From positions 42,966,001 through 43,030,000 of the forward strand of contig OX597824.1 of assembly GCA_951406725.2 (NCBI GenBank): a DNA stretch of 64,000 nucleotides, given 5' to 3'. The translations under genes were made by a program, and so were the position numbers. The DNA is from Octopus vulgaris (taxonomy: Eukaryota). Under the pieces are notes generated by a model that saw only the letters and a list, made by a program, of their open reading frames with translations, was not told the origin of the DNA and did no database searches. This document shows, piece by piece, positions 13,656 to 27,630 of the stretch (positions are counted from its first letter, which is position 1; every line of letters starts with the position of its first letter).

Positions 13656-15128
13656 ATATGCGCGCGCACGTGTAAAGGCTTCGTAAAGAAACAATTATAT
13701 TATGAAAGAAGCAAAATGTTTTATAGTGTAACTTTGTGTATCATTGAAATAGATTATTACAAATAATGGAAGGTATAAAACAAGGGAAAACAGAAAGTTA
13801 AATCGTCACGCGTACATATCTTTTTTATCTTATCGATTGCAATAACAGAAGTACCGGGTTATTCATTTTTTTTAACTTAAAAGGATTGGTCAATGGTAAA
13901 AGGAAATAAATGATTTTAGGAAAATATAGTGTTTCTAAAAAATCGACCAATGTATGGTTGATAGTAAATTTGGATTTCAGATAATTGAGCAAAAAGTTAT
14001 ATATATATAGGCGCAGGAGTGGCTGTGTGGCAAGAAGATTGCTTCCTGACCACATGATTCCGGGTTCAGTCCCACTGTGTGACACCTTGGGCGTCTTCTA
14101 CTATAGCCTCGGGTGAGCCAAAGCCTTGTGAGTAGATTTGGTAGACGGAAACTGAAAGAAGCCCGTCGTATATATATATATATTATATATTATATATTCC
14201 CTAATATTTATTATATATATATATATATATATATATAGGTAGGTAGTGTTAGGTGTGAGCAGTGCTCTATGGAAGCTTAGGAGAGTTTTAAGTATAGGGA
14301 CAAGAACAACCTGATTAATAATTGATTAGCCCTAAGAGTATCATGCGTGCATAGCGTCACCCGTAGTATTAATGTTTTTAATGAGTATGATTTTTAAAGC
14401 GCAACTTAAAAGGAGTAGCGGTAAGGGCGATGTAGGTATGCGAGGAATTGCGAATTTTTACAATTATAGGTGCCTTACTTGAATTTTGATGGTGGAAATT
14501 GATTTCCGTTACAAACTTACCCTCTAGTGTTAAATATATTAAAATCATGGGATATTATGTTATATGGTGAATTAAATTGAATTGCATATGTTATAAGCTA
14601 TATGTTATGGTATGTGGTGTGGTATATGTAATACTATCCCACGATAACTCCTGTCTAGTTAGTCTGACTGCATCCTATTTTGGTGATCACACTATTTTCC
14701 TTTCTATGATGTTCTACCCTACTGATCATATCATGCATATTTGTAGTGGTTTTATGTAAGTAAGTTTCCTTTCGACAAAATTATATACTCCCTAGTAACT
14801 ATAAAATCATATATACAATATCACCTGTGACGTTACATCTTATAAATTCTCTTCGGTCTGAATACCTTTAACTGTCCTCACTACATCCATACCTACTTTT
14901 CGAGTTACCTTTATCTCTTTCGTACCTGAAATTTCAATTCCCTGTCTCTTTAAATGTAGGTTATATGCATTTCTTATTATTTTCTATAAATTCTTATTAT
15001 TCTTTGTGACAGTTCCATGAAAGGAAAGAATGCTACTGCTATTTAGCCCTAGAAAACATTACACATTTTCTCTGTCCTTATGCATTCAAAGAGGGAGATA
15101 AGCACCTCCAGCCAGCAAAGCCAGCATT

Positions 15129-15167
15129 CAGAGACTAGTTTCAGAATCATTGCTCATCATCAGTCTG
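15129..15167 (-). ncRNA. Minimal type-I hammerhead ribozyme with canonical core
   Basis: Minus strand reads CAGA-CTGATGA-tgagcaatgattct-GAAA-CTAG-TC-TCTG: stem I CAGA/TCTG, GUC cleavage triplet, palindromic stem III, weak stem II. Confidence 0.7.
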
Positions 15168-15899
15168 GAGCAGCATGTCCATATAAACGTATCAATATTT
15201 GTGTATGTGTATGTATGCATATATGCTCATAACCTATTAACCTCTAATCCCTTATAAATTATTTTTCTTGTTCCTAAATAGATACGTTTCAGTTACTTAA
15301 GTCTATGCGAGATGGTTATACTATATCCATATAAACATATAAATATTTGCGTATGTGTACGTGTGTATGTGTACGTGTGCATGTGTGCACATATATAAAT
15401 ATGTGTGCGTCTCTGTAATTTTTATCTTTTTCTGATTCACGGCATAAAATTGATATATAGATAGCATTTTTATCTTTCCAGTTATTCCATAAGTAAATGC
15501 CATAAGCAGTTTTTATAGAAACCACGTAATAAGTAAACAATTAAGTACATAAATGAATATTAAAATGATTTTATGTTATCTTTCCTTTTTAATATTTATA
15601 ATTTATATATATGTATGGTTATGATATCATTCTTGAAATTCTTAAATTTTATTTTTATACAACATAACAATTTTGTTTATAAACAATCACCCATAATGCC
15701 CCAAGATAAAATTTCCTCTGTATTTACATCTTAGCTTTCTCACCGTCTTGCCCCTTTAACTGGTAATTAACATCATGATTTAAACTCTAACCCTATCCTG
15801 CCTCTTTTTATAGACAGTTACTTATATCCAGTTGACAACTCCTAATGTCTTCTTTCCTCCCCGAGGAAAAGGGATACATATGACAATATTTATGATCAT

Positions 15900-16382
15900 A
15901 CCTAGCCATGAGTTGTTAACTCACTCTTGCCCGTTATTCAAAACAGACATAGTCTTCTAGTCTTAGATTTAGTAGATGATAAAGAGATAAATGAATTAGA
16001 AATGAATTACAATCCTTTACAAACCATGACCCCAATGGGTTTCATGCGATTCTTGGAAGTGTAGTCTATTCTTAGTTTCAATAGCGACAACATGAATTTC
16101 TTCCATCTTCTTACTCTGTTAAAGTATTTGAGAAAAATTATATTAATGTGTTCGACTGGTTAAAATTTTATTTGTTTATTTGTGCAGCTGAAGATGGCAC
16201 TGCATTTAAATTGATGTAATGATTGCACTCTTCAATTAAATTGAGCGCTTGAAACGGTCGTACTGCATCACCGCTTCATATTCTGTTGCTTATTTTGATT
16301 TTATTCACCTTACTTCGAGCTGTGTGGATAATACTGGACTGACTTGGTGCTTCAACTTAAGTAGCTAATTCAACTGAATCTC

Positions 16383-16388
<6 letters not shown>
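15900..16388 (+). mobile_element. Decayed PLE 3' end (GIY-YIG C-terminal remnant, 3' UTR with HHR, ending at (TA)n)
   Basis: About 15955-16045 translates LLVLDLVDDKEINELEMNYNPLQTMTPMGF, resembling the PLE terminal E..(W/Y)I..L.T..P.G.N motif. An HHR and then a (TA)n tract follow. Confidence 0.5.
16183..16267 (+). ncRNA. Type-I hammerhead ribozyme with long imperfect stem II
   Basis: TGCAG-CTGAAGA-tggcactgcatttaaattga...tcaattaaattgagcgctt-GAAA-CGGTCG-TA-CTGCA, with a perfect 5-bp stem I. Confidence 0.72.
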
Positions 16389-16441
<53 letters not shown>

Positions 16442-16906
16442 TAAAACTTGGTTAATTTCTAAAATGTTTATATGTAAAGGTTACCTGAACAGAGAAACTC
16501 ATATTGATTTAAAATTTTGGCACACGGCCAACAAGTTTGGGGCAGTGGGCGTAAGTCAATTACATCGACCTCAATGCTCGACTGGTACTATTTTATCGAC
16601 CTCGAAAGGATGGAAGGCAAAGTCGAATTTGAACTGAGAACGAAAGAAATGCCACTAAGCAGTTCACCGCCTTAAACAGAGTAATTTGTATTGAAATATA
16701 ACGTATAGTATACGAAAAAAACTGGTGTGGTTCGAAACAGAGATGTCTGGTTAACTTGATAATACAAAAGTTTAGGAAAAATTGTATAACTAGCTAAAGG
16801 GTGGTGCATGTGATATGGAACTAATTGGAATAGAGAAATTGATGGGAGTTTGAAATTGCAGATGACGTAGATAAGTAAGTAACTGGAATATAATAATACA
16901 TACATG

Positions 16907-17004
<98 letters not shown>

Positions 17005-18309
17005 TGTATATATATATACACACACATATATATATACATATATATACATACACACATATATATGTATGTATATATATATGTATATATATATATATTGGTT
17101 AAATGGTTTGATAAAGTATAGTGGTTGTACCTTAATATAGATGATCAACCTGGATATGTTGAAAACTAGGTGGAGAAAATAGTAGTAATTAGTACTTAAG
17201 AAAAATGCAAGTGTATAATCAGGGAACTAGTGATCACCAGAGGAAGGATATTTAGTAGGTTAAAAGCAATATGGTAAACCTGAAAGAAAGGAATAAATAA
17301 AATAGGTGGCTTGAAGCTGTGGTGTACATGGAAATATGCCAACTGTATATGTGTGCAACTAATTGAGAAAATTGGTTGGAAGTTGGTTAAGTTTCGAATT
17401 AGGGATTTTAGCTGGAAGGTTTATTTTAAAAATTGTTACCAATTGAAGAAGTCAGTAGGGTCAAGATAGTTATTTGTAAGAGTAAGGAAGTAAAGAATGC
17501 ACAATAGCTAAGTTTTGCTGAAGCCAGAAGTAGATATAGTATGAAAAGATGTATTCGAGGGAAAAAATTAGTATGAAGTGAGTGACAATTTTTAACTACA
17601 CACAAGAATTACCTATCGGAATGGGATATGGTTTATAACAGTAATGTGCTTTGAAACCTTTATGTACAAAAAGAAATCCTTCACTTGTGTTTGGTAAGGA
17701 TATGTCCTTTTGCGAATAATATATCTTTATTAAATTGTATATACCTCTACAAGATGTTCCATTGTAAATCGCAAACTAATTTCTTTTTTTTATTTAATTC
17801 ACATATGAAACGAGATAACGAAATTACATTATAGCTATTAAGATTAATATTTTTAATGAGTATGATTATTAAAGCGCAACTTAAAAGGAGTTGCGGGAAG
17901 GGCGATGTAGGTATGTGAGGAATTCCGAATTTTTACATTATTTTGAAAAACTATATCATAAGTTAGTGTTAATGGAATTGAAATTAATATTAGGATCAAG
18001 ATTAGGGATAATATCAAGATGTTTGGGTGATCTAAGCGTGTGCACGTTAAATTAGAGGGAGATTAGTGAACAATTAGTTGTATATAAAAAAAAAACTTTA
18101 ATAGAGTACTTGCTAAATATTTTAGGACACACGTAACGTGGATAAAAGTGTTTTTAAATACGTTACAGAAGACTCTAGATAGTGGGTGGTTAAATAACTG
18201 ACATTTCTTTCTCAATTTATATATGTGTATAGCGGATGCTGCTATACATCGTTGGTCACAATGTTTTAGCCTACAAATACGCCACCCCGCTGGCTAAACG
18301 AGCAGGCCA

Positions 18310-18369
<60 letters not shown>

Positions 18370-18375
18370 ATGTAT

Positions 18376-18433
<58 letters not shown>

Positions 18434-19249
18434 ATATATATATATAGCAGTGGCGATATGCAATTAGTAGTATGTTCAATATTAAGCATTTATGTTTTTC
18501 ATCGTTAAAAGCTCTCATAGCAAGTGCGTCGTTATAGCAAGATGTGGCTTCTGTAAATATTTGCTTAAGCCAAATGATCTATTTCTGATTAACTTATCAA
18601 TAATGTTCAAAAGGCTGCAAATACGCAGAATCTTTAGAACAACGCACGGAATGTTTAGAGGTATTTTCCCCCCGGCTCCTTACGTTCTGGGTTCAAATCC
18701 CGCCGAGGTCAACTTTACTTTTTATCCCTTCGGGTTCAATAAAATAAAGCACCAGTTAAGTGCTGGAATTAACGGTAGCGACTTACTCTTTCTCTCAAAA
18801 CTGCTGGCTAAATCAGTGTCTAAATCAGAAATCAGTATTATTCCAGCCTTAAGGCGGTGACCTAGAAGATTCGTTAGCACACTGGACAAAATACTCATCA
18901 GCAGTTCGTCTGTCTTTACGTTGAGTTGAAATTCCGCCGAGGTCCACTTTGTTTTTCATCGTTTCGGGGTCAATAAAATAAGTACTAGCTGATTACTAGG
19001 TTCGATGTAATCGACTAACTCACTCTCCACGAAATTTCAGGCTTGGTGCCTATAGATGAAAGGATTATCAATTCCCGTTTTTGCAATCAGAGGTCAACGT
19101 TGTCTTTCATCCTATATGTATAACTATCAGCCTAACATGAACACATGAAGGGCTAACACTGCTAGAGCGATGGAGCCTTGTGATATATTTTCTGGTTATT
19201 TACGACCTGAGTTCGGGTCCCGTTATGACCTCACTTAAGTGACTCACTC

Positions 19250-19560
19250 CAAAAAAAGGATGTGATAGATAGATGATATGCAGTTACATGGACAGTTCCA
19301 CAATGACACCAAGAATGTAAAAACTCATGATTCATCGTGTGAATAACTCCAGAGTAGAGATTTAAAAAGAAAAATTGAAGTTTGTTCGGAGCTTTTCAAG
19401 ACCAAGCCAAATACTTATTCAGTGATTAAGGATAAATTCCACTGCTTCAACGGACAAGTGCATTCTGTGTAATCACAGAATGGAAAAAGTCGATCATATT
19501 GTAACAGGATGGGAAATGTTGGCTCAAAAAATATTAAAAAATACAAGCAACGTCATGGGC
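19250..19560 (+). mobile_element. Highly decayed RLE-LINE fragment
   Basis: LHGQFH, FQDQA and EKVDHIVTG.EMLAQK remnants of the Zn-knuckle region. Confidence 0.5.
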
Positions 19561-21804
19561 TTTAGTACCCTCCGACACCTGTCACCACAATCCCTGCTCG
19601 TATCTTCACCCACATGGTTTTTATACTCTTTTCCTACGTTACAACTTCAGGCACCCCCACCGCCGCCGCCGCCGCCGCTGACGCCACCGCCACGGCCACC
19701 ACCACGACTACCACCTCCACAGTCACCGCCTTTTCTTTATTACGCTGCCTTCGTCTTCACATCCTCTTCTGTCATCTTCTCGTTCACCACCAAAGTTAAC
19801 ACACTCAGGATCTCCTCCGCCTGTAGCACCACCGCGTATTTAAAAATCCCCCGAGTCCATTACCTCATCCTTCTCACAGCCGTCAACATCATCACCATCT
19901 TATCTGTCTATACCGTCACAAACATAGTCTTACACCAACTCCACTATCACCAAAATATCACTCTATCTCCACCAGCATTACCACCATTTATTTAAAACTC
20001 CAGCCAACATTTCTCCATCACAACCTTCACCAGCATCTCCAGACACCATCTTCTTCATCTTCACCACTACCCGTGAAACAATCACCAACACATACAAACA
20101 CACACGCACACACACACACACACACTGTGACATGTTGTAAGATATCATATTTATTAAGAGAACCGGCCTCAGCATTGCATGTGTCGGTTAAACAATAAAT
20201 AAAGAATAATTAAAGCGCCATGCTGAGGAAATTTAATATGGTAAAATCTGGAATCGAAGGAAAATATTGGAAGACTGTGTCATCAACAATGGTGATAAAA
20301 TCCAAAGGGAATTTATACGTATCAAAAATTTCAGTCTCGTTTCAGCAAAAGGGGTGCCGATGCAGAACACTACAATTTTTTGCTCAAGTAGTCAATTGAC
20401 AACATATAGGTTCCGTCAGCAATCCAACGATCCGACCATCAAACAACTGAATTATCTTGCTGTCTAGCCATTCAACCAGTCATTCAAAAACTCAAGTCAT
20501 CCAGTCATTCAAACACTCGAGCCATCCATTCGTCTAGCCATATAACTAATCCAGTCATCTCTTTACCCGTAGTCTACTAGCAAAAAGAGGAATTATCAAC
20601 ATGGCCACTGTCAATATCCACAATACGGAAAAGGCGGCGAGCTGGTAGAATTGTTTGTACGCAGGGCAAAATTCTTAGCAGCATTTCGTCAGTTTTTACG
20701 TTCTGAGTTCAAATTCTACCGAGGTCAACTTTACCTTTCATCTTTTCGGGGTCGATAAAATTAGTACCAGTTGAATACTGGAGTCGAAGTAATCAACTTA
20801 TCCTCTCCCCAAAATTGCTAGCCTTGTGCCAAAATTTGAAACTAATATCTGCATTAAGAAGTCTACAGACATACACAAACCCAAATGGACACATGAATAT
20901 ATATACCGAGAAATAACGACAATCACCTTATTTTTCTCATGATTCACAGTTAGGGTTGTTTCTTATCAGTAACAGAATCGTTCTTTTGTTCTACCAACGA
21001 AGCAGTCTTTCACACACAACCAGTACTTCATGCACACGCACACATACAAAATACACACACATACATGTGTCCATTTATCTATACATGTGCGTGCATGTGT
21101 ATGGACATTATGTGTGTAGCATAATGAGCTTGTATGCTTGGTATTGTAGATATTGACAGTGGAGGCTTTAACTATACTTTTATTGGAAACATATCGATAG
21201 ATTGATGAAGGGGAGGCTGGCTAGACGATTGGTTGAATCGAGTGTTGGGTGGTTGGACGGCTTGATGACTCGATTGCTGGAGGGTTAGATGGCTGGCTGG
21301 CTGGTTGGCAGATTGGGTGGGTGGAGTGACGGATGTTAAGGGAATTGTTTAAAAATATTGCAGTGTACTTTTATTTCCTATAACTATATTAATTGTCCGA
21401 TCGCCGCCATCTTTGATCACACAATAATTGGTTTGTTATAAGCTGGGAGTGGTATCAACTTCAGCGTCAATTTCGGCTATGCAAGTTAATGTATAACAAA
21501 CACACACAAACACTCGCTCACACTCACACCCTCATACGCACACACACATACAAACGCACACACACAGAGAACAACAACCCATCTTTACTCAGCTCACTAA
21601 TACTATGTGTGCGTGTGTGTGTGTAAGTGCTTGTATGTATATAGGAGTACGTATATGTACGCGTACGTGCGTGTGTGTGTGAGAATATGTTTGTGAATTT
21701 GTGTTTGTGTGTGTGCATAAACACGCAGACAAATATGATTATTACATATATGTGATGTATGTATGGACAATATCACACCGTACAAACACACGAATACATC
21801 TATG

Positions 21805-21850
<46 letters not shown>

Positions 21851-23396
21851 TACACACATAGATACACACATATTTATACAAATTTATATATATATATGTG
21901 TGCGTGTGTGTATGTATATATACATGCATACCATACATACATATCAACATATATATGTGCGTGTATACGCACAAACACGCATACAAACACGCACACATGT
22001 ACACACATTATAGAGGTGACATTTGTTGTGTTGTTGTCTGCTGGGACAGGAACAGCAATGGCCGATTTGGATGTCTTTGTGCTGGCACGTGGTATATGTC
22101 TATTTCCAATGATGAACAACCGGTTACACCAAGTCTGGCATAACCGACCAACTTTTCTCTTTGTTTTACTTCATTATATTTGTTATTGGTTTTGCTGGTC
22201 ATCTTGTATACACACACACACACACACATGCACGCACGCACACACCTACACACGCACACGCGCGCATACATATATATGGGTGTTTCTATGCTTTTACGTG
22301 TTAATGAATAGGCATGCGTGTGTGTGAATGTGTGTGTATATTTGCATATGTATGTGTGTTTATATGTATGTATGCATGTATGTATGTATGCATGGACACC
22401 TCTGTATACATGTGTATATTTGTGCAGGTGTATATGTGTATACTTGTGTATGTATCTGTACATGCGTGTGTATGTGTGTGCGTGTGTGTAGGTGCACGTG
22501 TGTCTGAGTGTGTGTATGTGTAAATCTGTTCGTCTCTGTCTGAGCAGCATTTAATACATGTGTTTGTGATCGATTGCTTGTGTGCATGTGTGCATGTGTG
22601 CGTCTGTGTGTGCGCGCGTGCCTGCATGTGCGTGTATACGTGTGTCTGAAAGTGAGAGGGAGAGCTAAAACCAGAGGATGCATTTAATTTATTGCTTAGC
22701 CAACCTTGGCTTAGTTTCCCACTCATACACATGTGCCGAAAATAACGTCTTCACATATATGCACACACACTAAAGCAATCAAACAGACACAAGCATAAAC
22801 ACACGTATACGATACACCTACACATGTGTGCCCAGACAAAGTTCTACTCCTCCCTCGCACATGCAATCAAGAATACACGCACTCATGCGCACACATACAA
22901 GTATCAAGAATCATCTTTACAGATGCACATACAGAAACACGTATAGAAGTGTTCAGACACACGCGTATACACATAGAAAAGTAAGCAAGGAAACACAGAT
23001 CATACAGACATATACACAGCTTCCTACGTGCCAAGACTCACTTCCATACAAGCAAGCAAATAATTACAAACCCTAAATTTCATTGAAAAATCAATAAGTA
23101 AATTACAATAAATGGATTTGCTGATAGTAGTGAAAAATTAAACGTTTCAGATTTGTTTCCTTCATCAAACAGCAAAAAGTATAGAAGCTAATACAACGGT
23201 TACAGAAAGGTCAAAATACCCAACCACATATAAACACATAAACAGAAATTTATCCCTACACTCAAGCATATACATATAAACATATGCATACATACATACA
23301 TACATACATACATACATACATACATACATACATGCATGCATGCACACATACACACATACACACATACATACATACATACATACATACATACATACA

Positions 23397-23430
<34 letters not shown>

Positions 23431-23993
23431 CATGCATACATACATACATACATACATACATACATACATACATACATACATACATACATACATTTCTAAA
23501 GCAGGAGCTACACCCCATAAACAAATGATGGTTGCCACATCATAACAGACGACATCCGTCACATCAGCCACTTTTCAGCTAATCTAAAGAGAAATGACTA
23601 AGATGAGGTGATAAAATATTTGTACATTAATGAAGTATAGTGATATACGCCTATAAAAATATATATATTTCGCAAGTATACGTGTAAGTAGTTATACACC
23701 TCTCTTAAATATCCACTAGTTGACGAGAGTAAGATGACCAAAAACTATTTCGACCGCAAGTTTTTTAATACAGAATTACTTCAAGGCTTTTCAAATATAA
23801 GGATACTCCCAAGTCTGTAATGTTTAAATTTTGAAGATCTTAGCTTTCTCCAAGTAGTTTCATGCAACTTATCATCAGACAAATGTCTGAATAAGCGGTT
23901 ACACACACACACACACACATATGCATGGAGCCGAATCAGTTTTAGATTATAAATATATATATATATATATATATGTATATGTGTGCGTGCGTG

Positions 23994-24026
<33 letters not shown>

Positions 24027-24029
24027 ACG

Positions 24030-24215
24030 TAACTGATAAATTGGATAGAGTAACTGCAGATTTCTCAATAGTTCAGCGTAGGTATTCTCTTTTCCACTGA
24101 TCTTCAGCTTTATGTTAACATCCGCTGGGCAACTGATTCCTACAACTGTACACAGTTCCTCTTCTCTATCCCAAATCATTATATCGGGTCTATTTTGATT
24201 TTCACAGGGACATTC
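24030..24215 (-). mobile_element. RLE-type LINE endonuclease fragment
   Basis: NRPDIMIWDREEELCTVVGISCPADVN..KENTYAEL. Confidence 0.75.
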
Positions 24216-24247
24216 CACCACTACTCCTATGTATGTATGTATGTATG

Positions 24248-24282
<35 letters not shown>

Positions 24283-24490
24283 TGTGACCTCGTGTGTACC
24301 GTAGATGATTTTTTTCCCTCTGTCTTCCCTTCTCTGGATCTTTCCTTCTCCTATGTTTCCGACGAAGAGCTCCGCTCGAAGCGTTAAACCCTCCTTCTTT
24401 CCTTCTTTCCTGAGCGTCCAATGATACTATATTTGTTCCACGTCCTCGCGTTGTTGTGTTTTTTGTGCTTTCTTGTTTGGATTAACTTTA
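24283..24490 (+). mobile_element. ~205-bp HHR-containing non-coding element, family H1
   Basis: GTTT-CCGACGA-A-GAGC tcc GCTC-GAAG-CG-TT-AAAC at 24355-24389. Homologous to 31294-31495 (minus) and flanked by (TATG)n. Confidence 0.7.
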
Positions 24491-25319
24491 TGTATGTATG
24501 TATGTAAGTATGTGTGAGCAACACTGTAAAACCACTTGGAGAAGAGTGAACATCAAACTCTAACCATTACAGGCTTGGGCGTATTCTCATATTGGAAAAG
24601 TCTAGAAGACCCTCTAATATGAAACCTGCGGTTGAAATACGTTTTTGGACATCTTACTCAGATTTGATTTTATTGTTTAAATGGTATAAGAGGAATGAAT
24701 ATTCTACGTATTCCTTGTGTATCTTTGGATTGAGTGTTGTTCATTGGACAGAGGACATGATTCAGTTTTCCTATGCGGAATTTGACCTGAAAACTACAAA
24801 CTAATTAAACATTTTTTTAATATCAAATTTTACAGAAGGCTGGTAAAATCGTTAGCGTGTCGGGCATAATGTTTATGGGTTCAAATACTGCCGAGGCTGA
24901 CTTTGCCTTTCGTTCTTCGGAGTGCGATAAAATAAGTCCGAGTCAAACACTGGGATCACTGTAATCGACTTAGTCCCTCCCCCCGAAATTGCTGGCCTTG
25001 TGCCAAAATTTGAAACTAATATTAAATTTTACAGTGCTACTGTTGCAAAAAGCGACGAGGAGTTATCTGCTCGCACTTTGCGTTGCCTATTTGCTGCTAA
25101 ACATTCGAGAATTAAGTGTCTTAGGCACAGACACAGTACAGTGGTTATTCAGTATTTTAATCGGTTGGACTCTCCACACTCTTAGTGATTTATCCTCTAT
25201 TAAACTAATTTTCTACATCTGTTGACCCTGTCTGTTATTTGCCAGGTCCTGAAATATTTAAATTTGAGCAGTGAATTTCAACCTGTATGGGTGACATGTG
25301 CGTGGTGTGTGTGTGTGAA

Positions 25320-25374
<55 letters not shown>

Positions 25375-26220
25375 GAAGGGACAACAAATAGATGAAGCGA
25401 AAATACAGAAAATTTGCCATTGATAAACCTAGGTTAGCAAAACGTCGGTCGAGATGCTTCCTTGCAAGTATTTAATTACGGCCTTTATTTTCTGGATTCA
25501 AATCGCTTCTTAGTCAACTTCTGGAGGTCGAGAAAGTAAAGCAGAAGTGAAGAGGTGGATTAAATGAAATTATGTACCGGTCAAAAACAAAGATCGATAA
25601 AATCAAATTCACACCCTTCCCAAGAGTGAGGCTTTGTCCATGCAATACGTCAATATTGAAGGTTGGCTACAACACTGCAGAGAATATTTGTAAAGATAGT
25701 ATTTATAAGGTGTTTGCATTTTGTTCAAGATGAATGGTAGACTTCATATTGTCAGCACTTGGTCGATGGCTAGTTTTAACGGAAACTCCTTTGGTACTAG
25801 CATTTGAGCAGGGCCACCAGTCTCTGAGGCCCAGGGTAATGAGCGTTATTAACACTTATTTTTTGCCTTCTGAACTATTAAAAGCTAATATATAACTAGT
25901 ACAATGGGTTTGGGAAGAGCCTAAAGGAATTTGAATTCTCACTAACCCAATTCGTTCTCATGCCTTCTCATTAACTTCAAGCAATCTCCATAGAAAGTCT
26001 GATTCTATTCACAGAAGCATTATGTTATATATTGTGTGATGGGGCGCATAATTAGTATCAGTGGATGTTTGACAACCACTCAATATATTCACAGACAGAC
26101 AGACAGACACACGGGCGCGCGCACATATATAATAGCATCAATTTAGAAGGTAGATAATTAACTATATCAGGCCAGAGGAATCTAAGGTAAAATAAACAAC
26201 AATATATATATATATATATA

Positions 26221-26638
26221 GGCGTAGGAGTGGCTGTGTGGTAAGTAGCTTGCTTACGAACTACATGGTTCCGGTGGGTTCAGTCCCACTGCGTGGCAAC
26301 TTGGACAAGTGTCTTCTACTATAGCCTCGGGTCAACCAAAGCCTTGTGAGCGGATTTGGTAGACGGAAACTGAAAGAAGCCCATCGTGTATATATATGTA
26401 TATATATATGTGTGTATGTGTGTGTGTGTGTGTTTGTTTGTGTGTCTGTGTTTGTCCTCACAACATCGCTTGACAACCGATGCTGGTGTGTTTACGTCCC
26501 CGTAACTTAGCGGTTCGGCAAAAGAGACCGATAGAATAATTACTAGGCTTACAAAGAAAAAGTCCTCGGGTCGAGTTGCTCGACTGGAGGCGGTGCTTCA
26601 GCATGGCCACTGTCAAATAACTGAAACAAGTAAAAGAG
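26221..26638 (+). mobile_element. Full-length family-C tRNA-derived SINE with internal microsatellite and CR1-like tail. Partial copies at ~1100-1350, 10190-10390, 13150-13350, 14010-14170, 27630-28035, 28790-28950, 33070-33260, 54605-54760, 55300-55520
   Basis: GGCGTAGGAGTGGCTGTGTGGTAAG head, GGTTCAGTCCC B-box, ttggacaagtgtcttctactatagcc core, and cagcatggcc..ctgaaacaagtaaaaga tail. Confidence 0.88.
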
Positions 26639-26644
26639 TTAAAA

Positions 26645-26824
26645 ATATGTGACAATTAGTAGGTTGTCATAATAATACTCAGAGTTTCGGATGCCGAGCC
26701 TGAAGTCTGCTCCGGCATCACATCAGTTATTAAGATGATAATTGATGAGAAGCCGGAGCAAACTTCTGCCTCGACATCCGAAACGCTGAGATTTATTATG
26801 ACAACCGACTAATTGTCACATATT
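26645..26824. mobile_element. Fold-back element with two inverted HHR motifs
   Basis: Imperfect ~180-bp palindrome. Minus 26671-26731 reads AATAA-CTGATGT-GATGCCgGAGC..GCTCGGCATCc-GAAA-CTCTGAG-TA-TTATT. Plus 26738-26797 has TTGATGA...GAAA. The two-arm consensus core is CTGATGA. Confidence 0.65.
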
Positions 26825-26904
26825 ATATTTATAGATGAATTCCTCTATTTACATAATATCGAGGTCTCATTCATTCTTTTGTTGTCATATTATTATTATT
26901 GTCA

Positions 26905-26961
<57 letters not shown>

Positions 26962-27054
26962 TTTTTCCATTCTTCCTGAACATCAAACTAACGCACCTGC
27001 TTGTTTTTCTCTTACCTGTTTTCGTCTTTTGTTTTCTGTAAATTAGAGCTATAT

Positions 27055-27477
27055 GTAGAGATATGCAGTGCTATGCATATTGAAAATAATGGAGGGTCTA
27101 GGTCCAAATTTCGGAATCGAAATCTACAACAATCCACGAACTCGACGGCACCGCACAGTGTCAAAGGTCCCATCTTCTCCAATGAGGATACGAACCCAAT
27201 ATTGTAATAGCTTGGGATTCTAGGGACCTCAAATTTGTGCCCGCAGAACATCAGGGATCTGCGAGGCGTAGATATGGAAGCCTTCCAAAAACGGTTAGAA
27301 AGTTTTTTTATCTGCAATACCAGATGAACCCACATCGTGGCAGGAGACACAAAGAAGAGCGGCAACGTCCAACTCGCTACTTCACCAGAAGCAATACTGG
27401 AAAAATCCCCGGATGCAGTAAAGGCGGTGCACCAGCATGGCCTCAGCCTACGACTGAAACCCATAAAAGATAATAAA

Positions 27478-27478
<1 letters not shown>
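27055..27478 (+). mobile_element. CR1-clade LINE 3' end
   Basis: KIMEGL.PNFGIEIYNNPR..CNSLGF..PQNIRDLRGVDMEAFQKRLESFLSAIPDEP..AATSNSLLHQ (frameshifted), then a short 3' UTR. Confidence 0.75.
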
Positions 27479-27529
<51 letters not shown>

Positions 27530-27544
27530 ACACACGCACGCACG

Positions 27545-27630
<86 letters not shown>

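Noticed and set aside
14368-17940. ~90-bp match between 14368-14460 and 17845-17936
   Set aside because: Real but unclassifiable. It is probably two fragments of an old AT-rich repeat, and I found no structure or ORF.
19480-19995. 171-aa proline-rich ORF
   Set aside because: It is a LINE remnant fused to a CCA/CCG low-complexity tract, with no supporting splice signals or domain.
23770-24615. Diverged inverted match between about 23775-23860 and 24530-24615
   Set aside because: Low identity with no clear TIR or TSD. Most likely two copies of a dispersed repeat.
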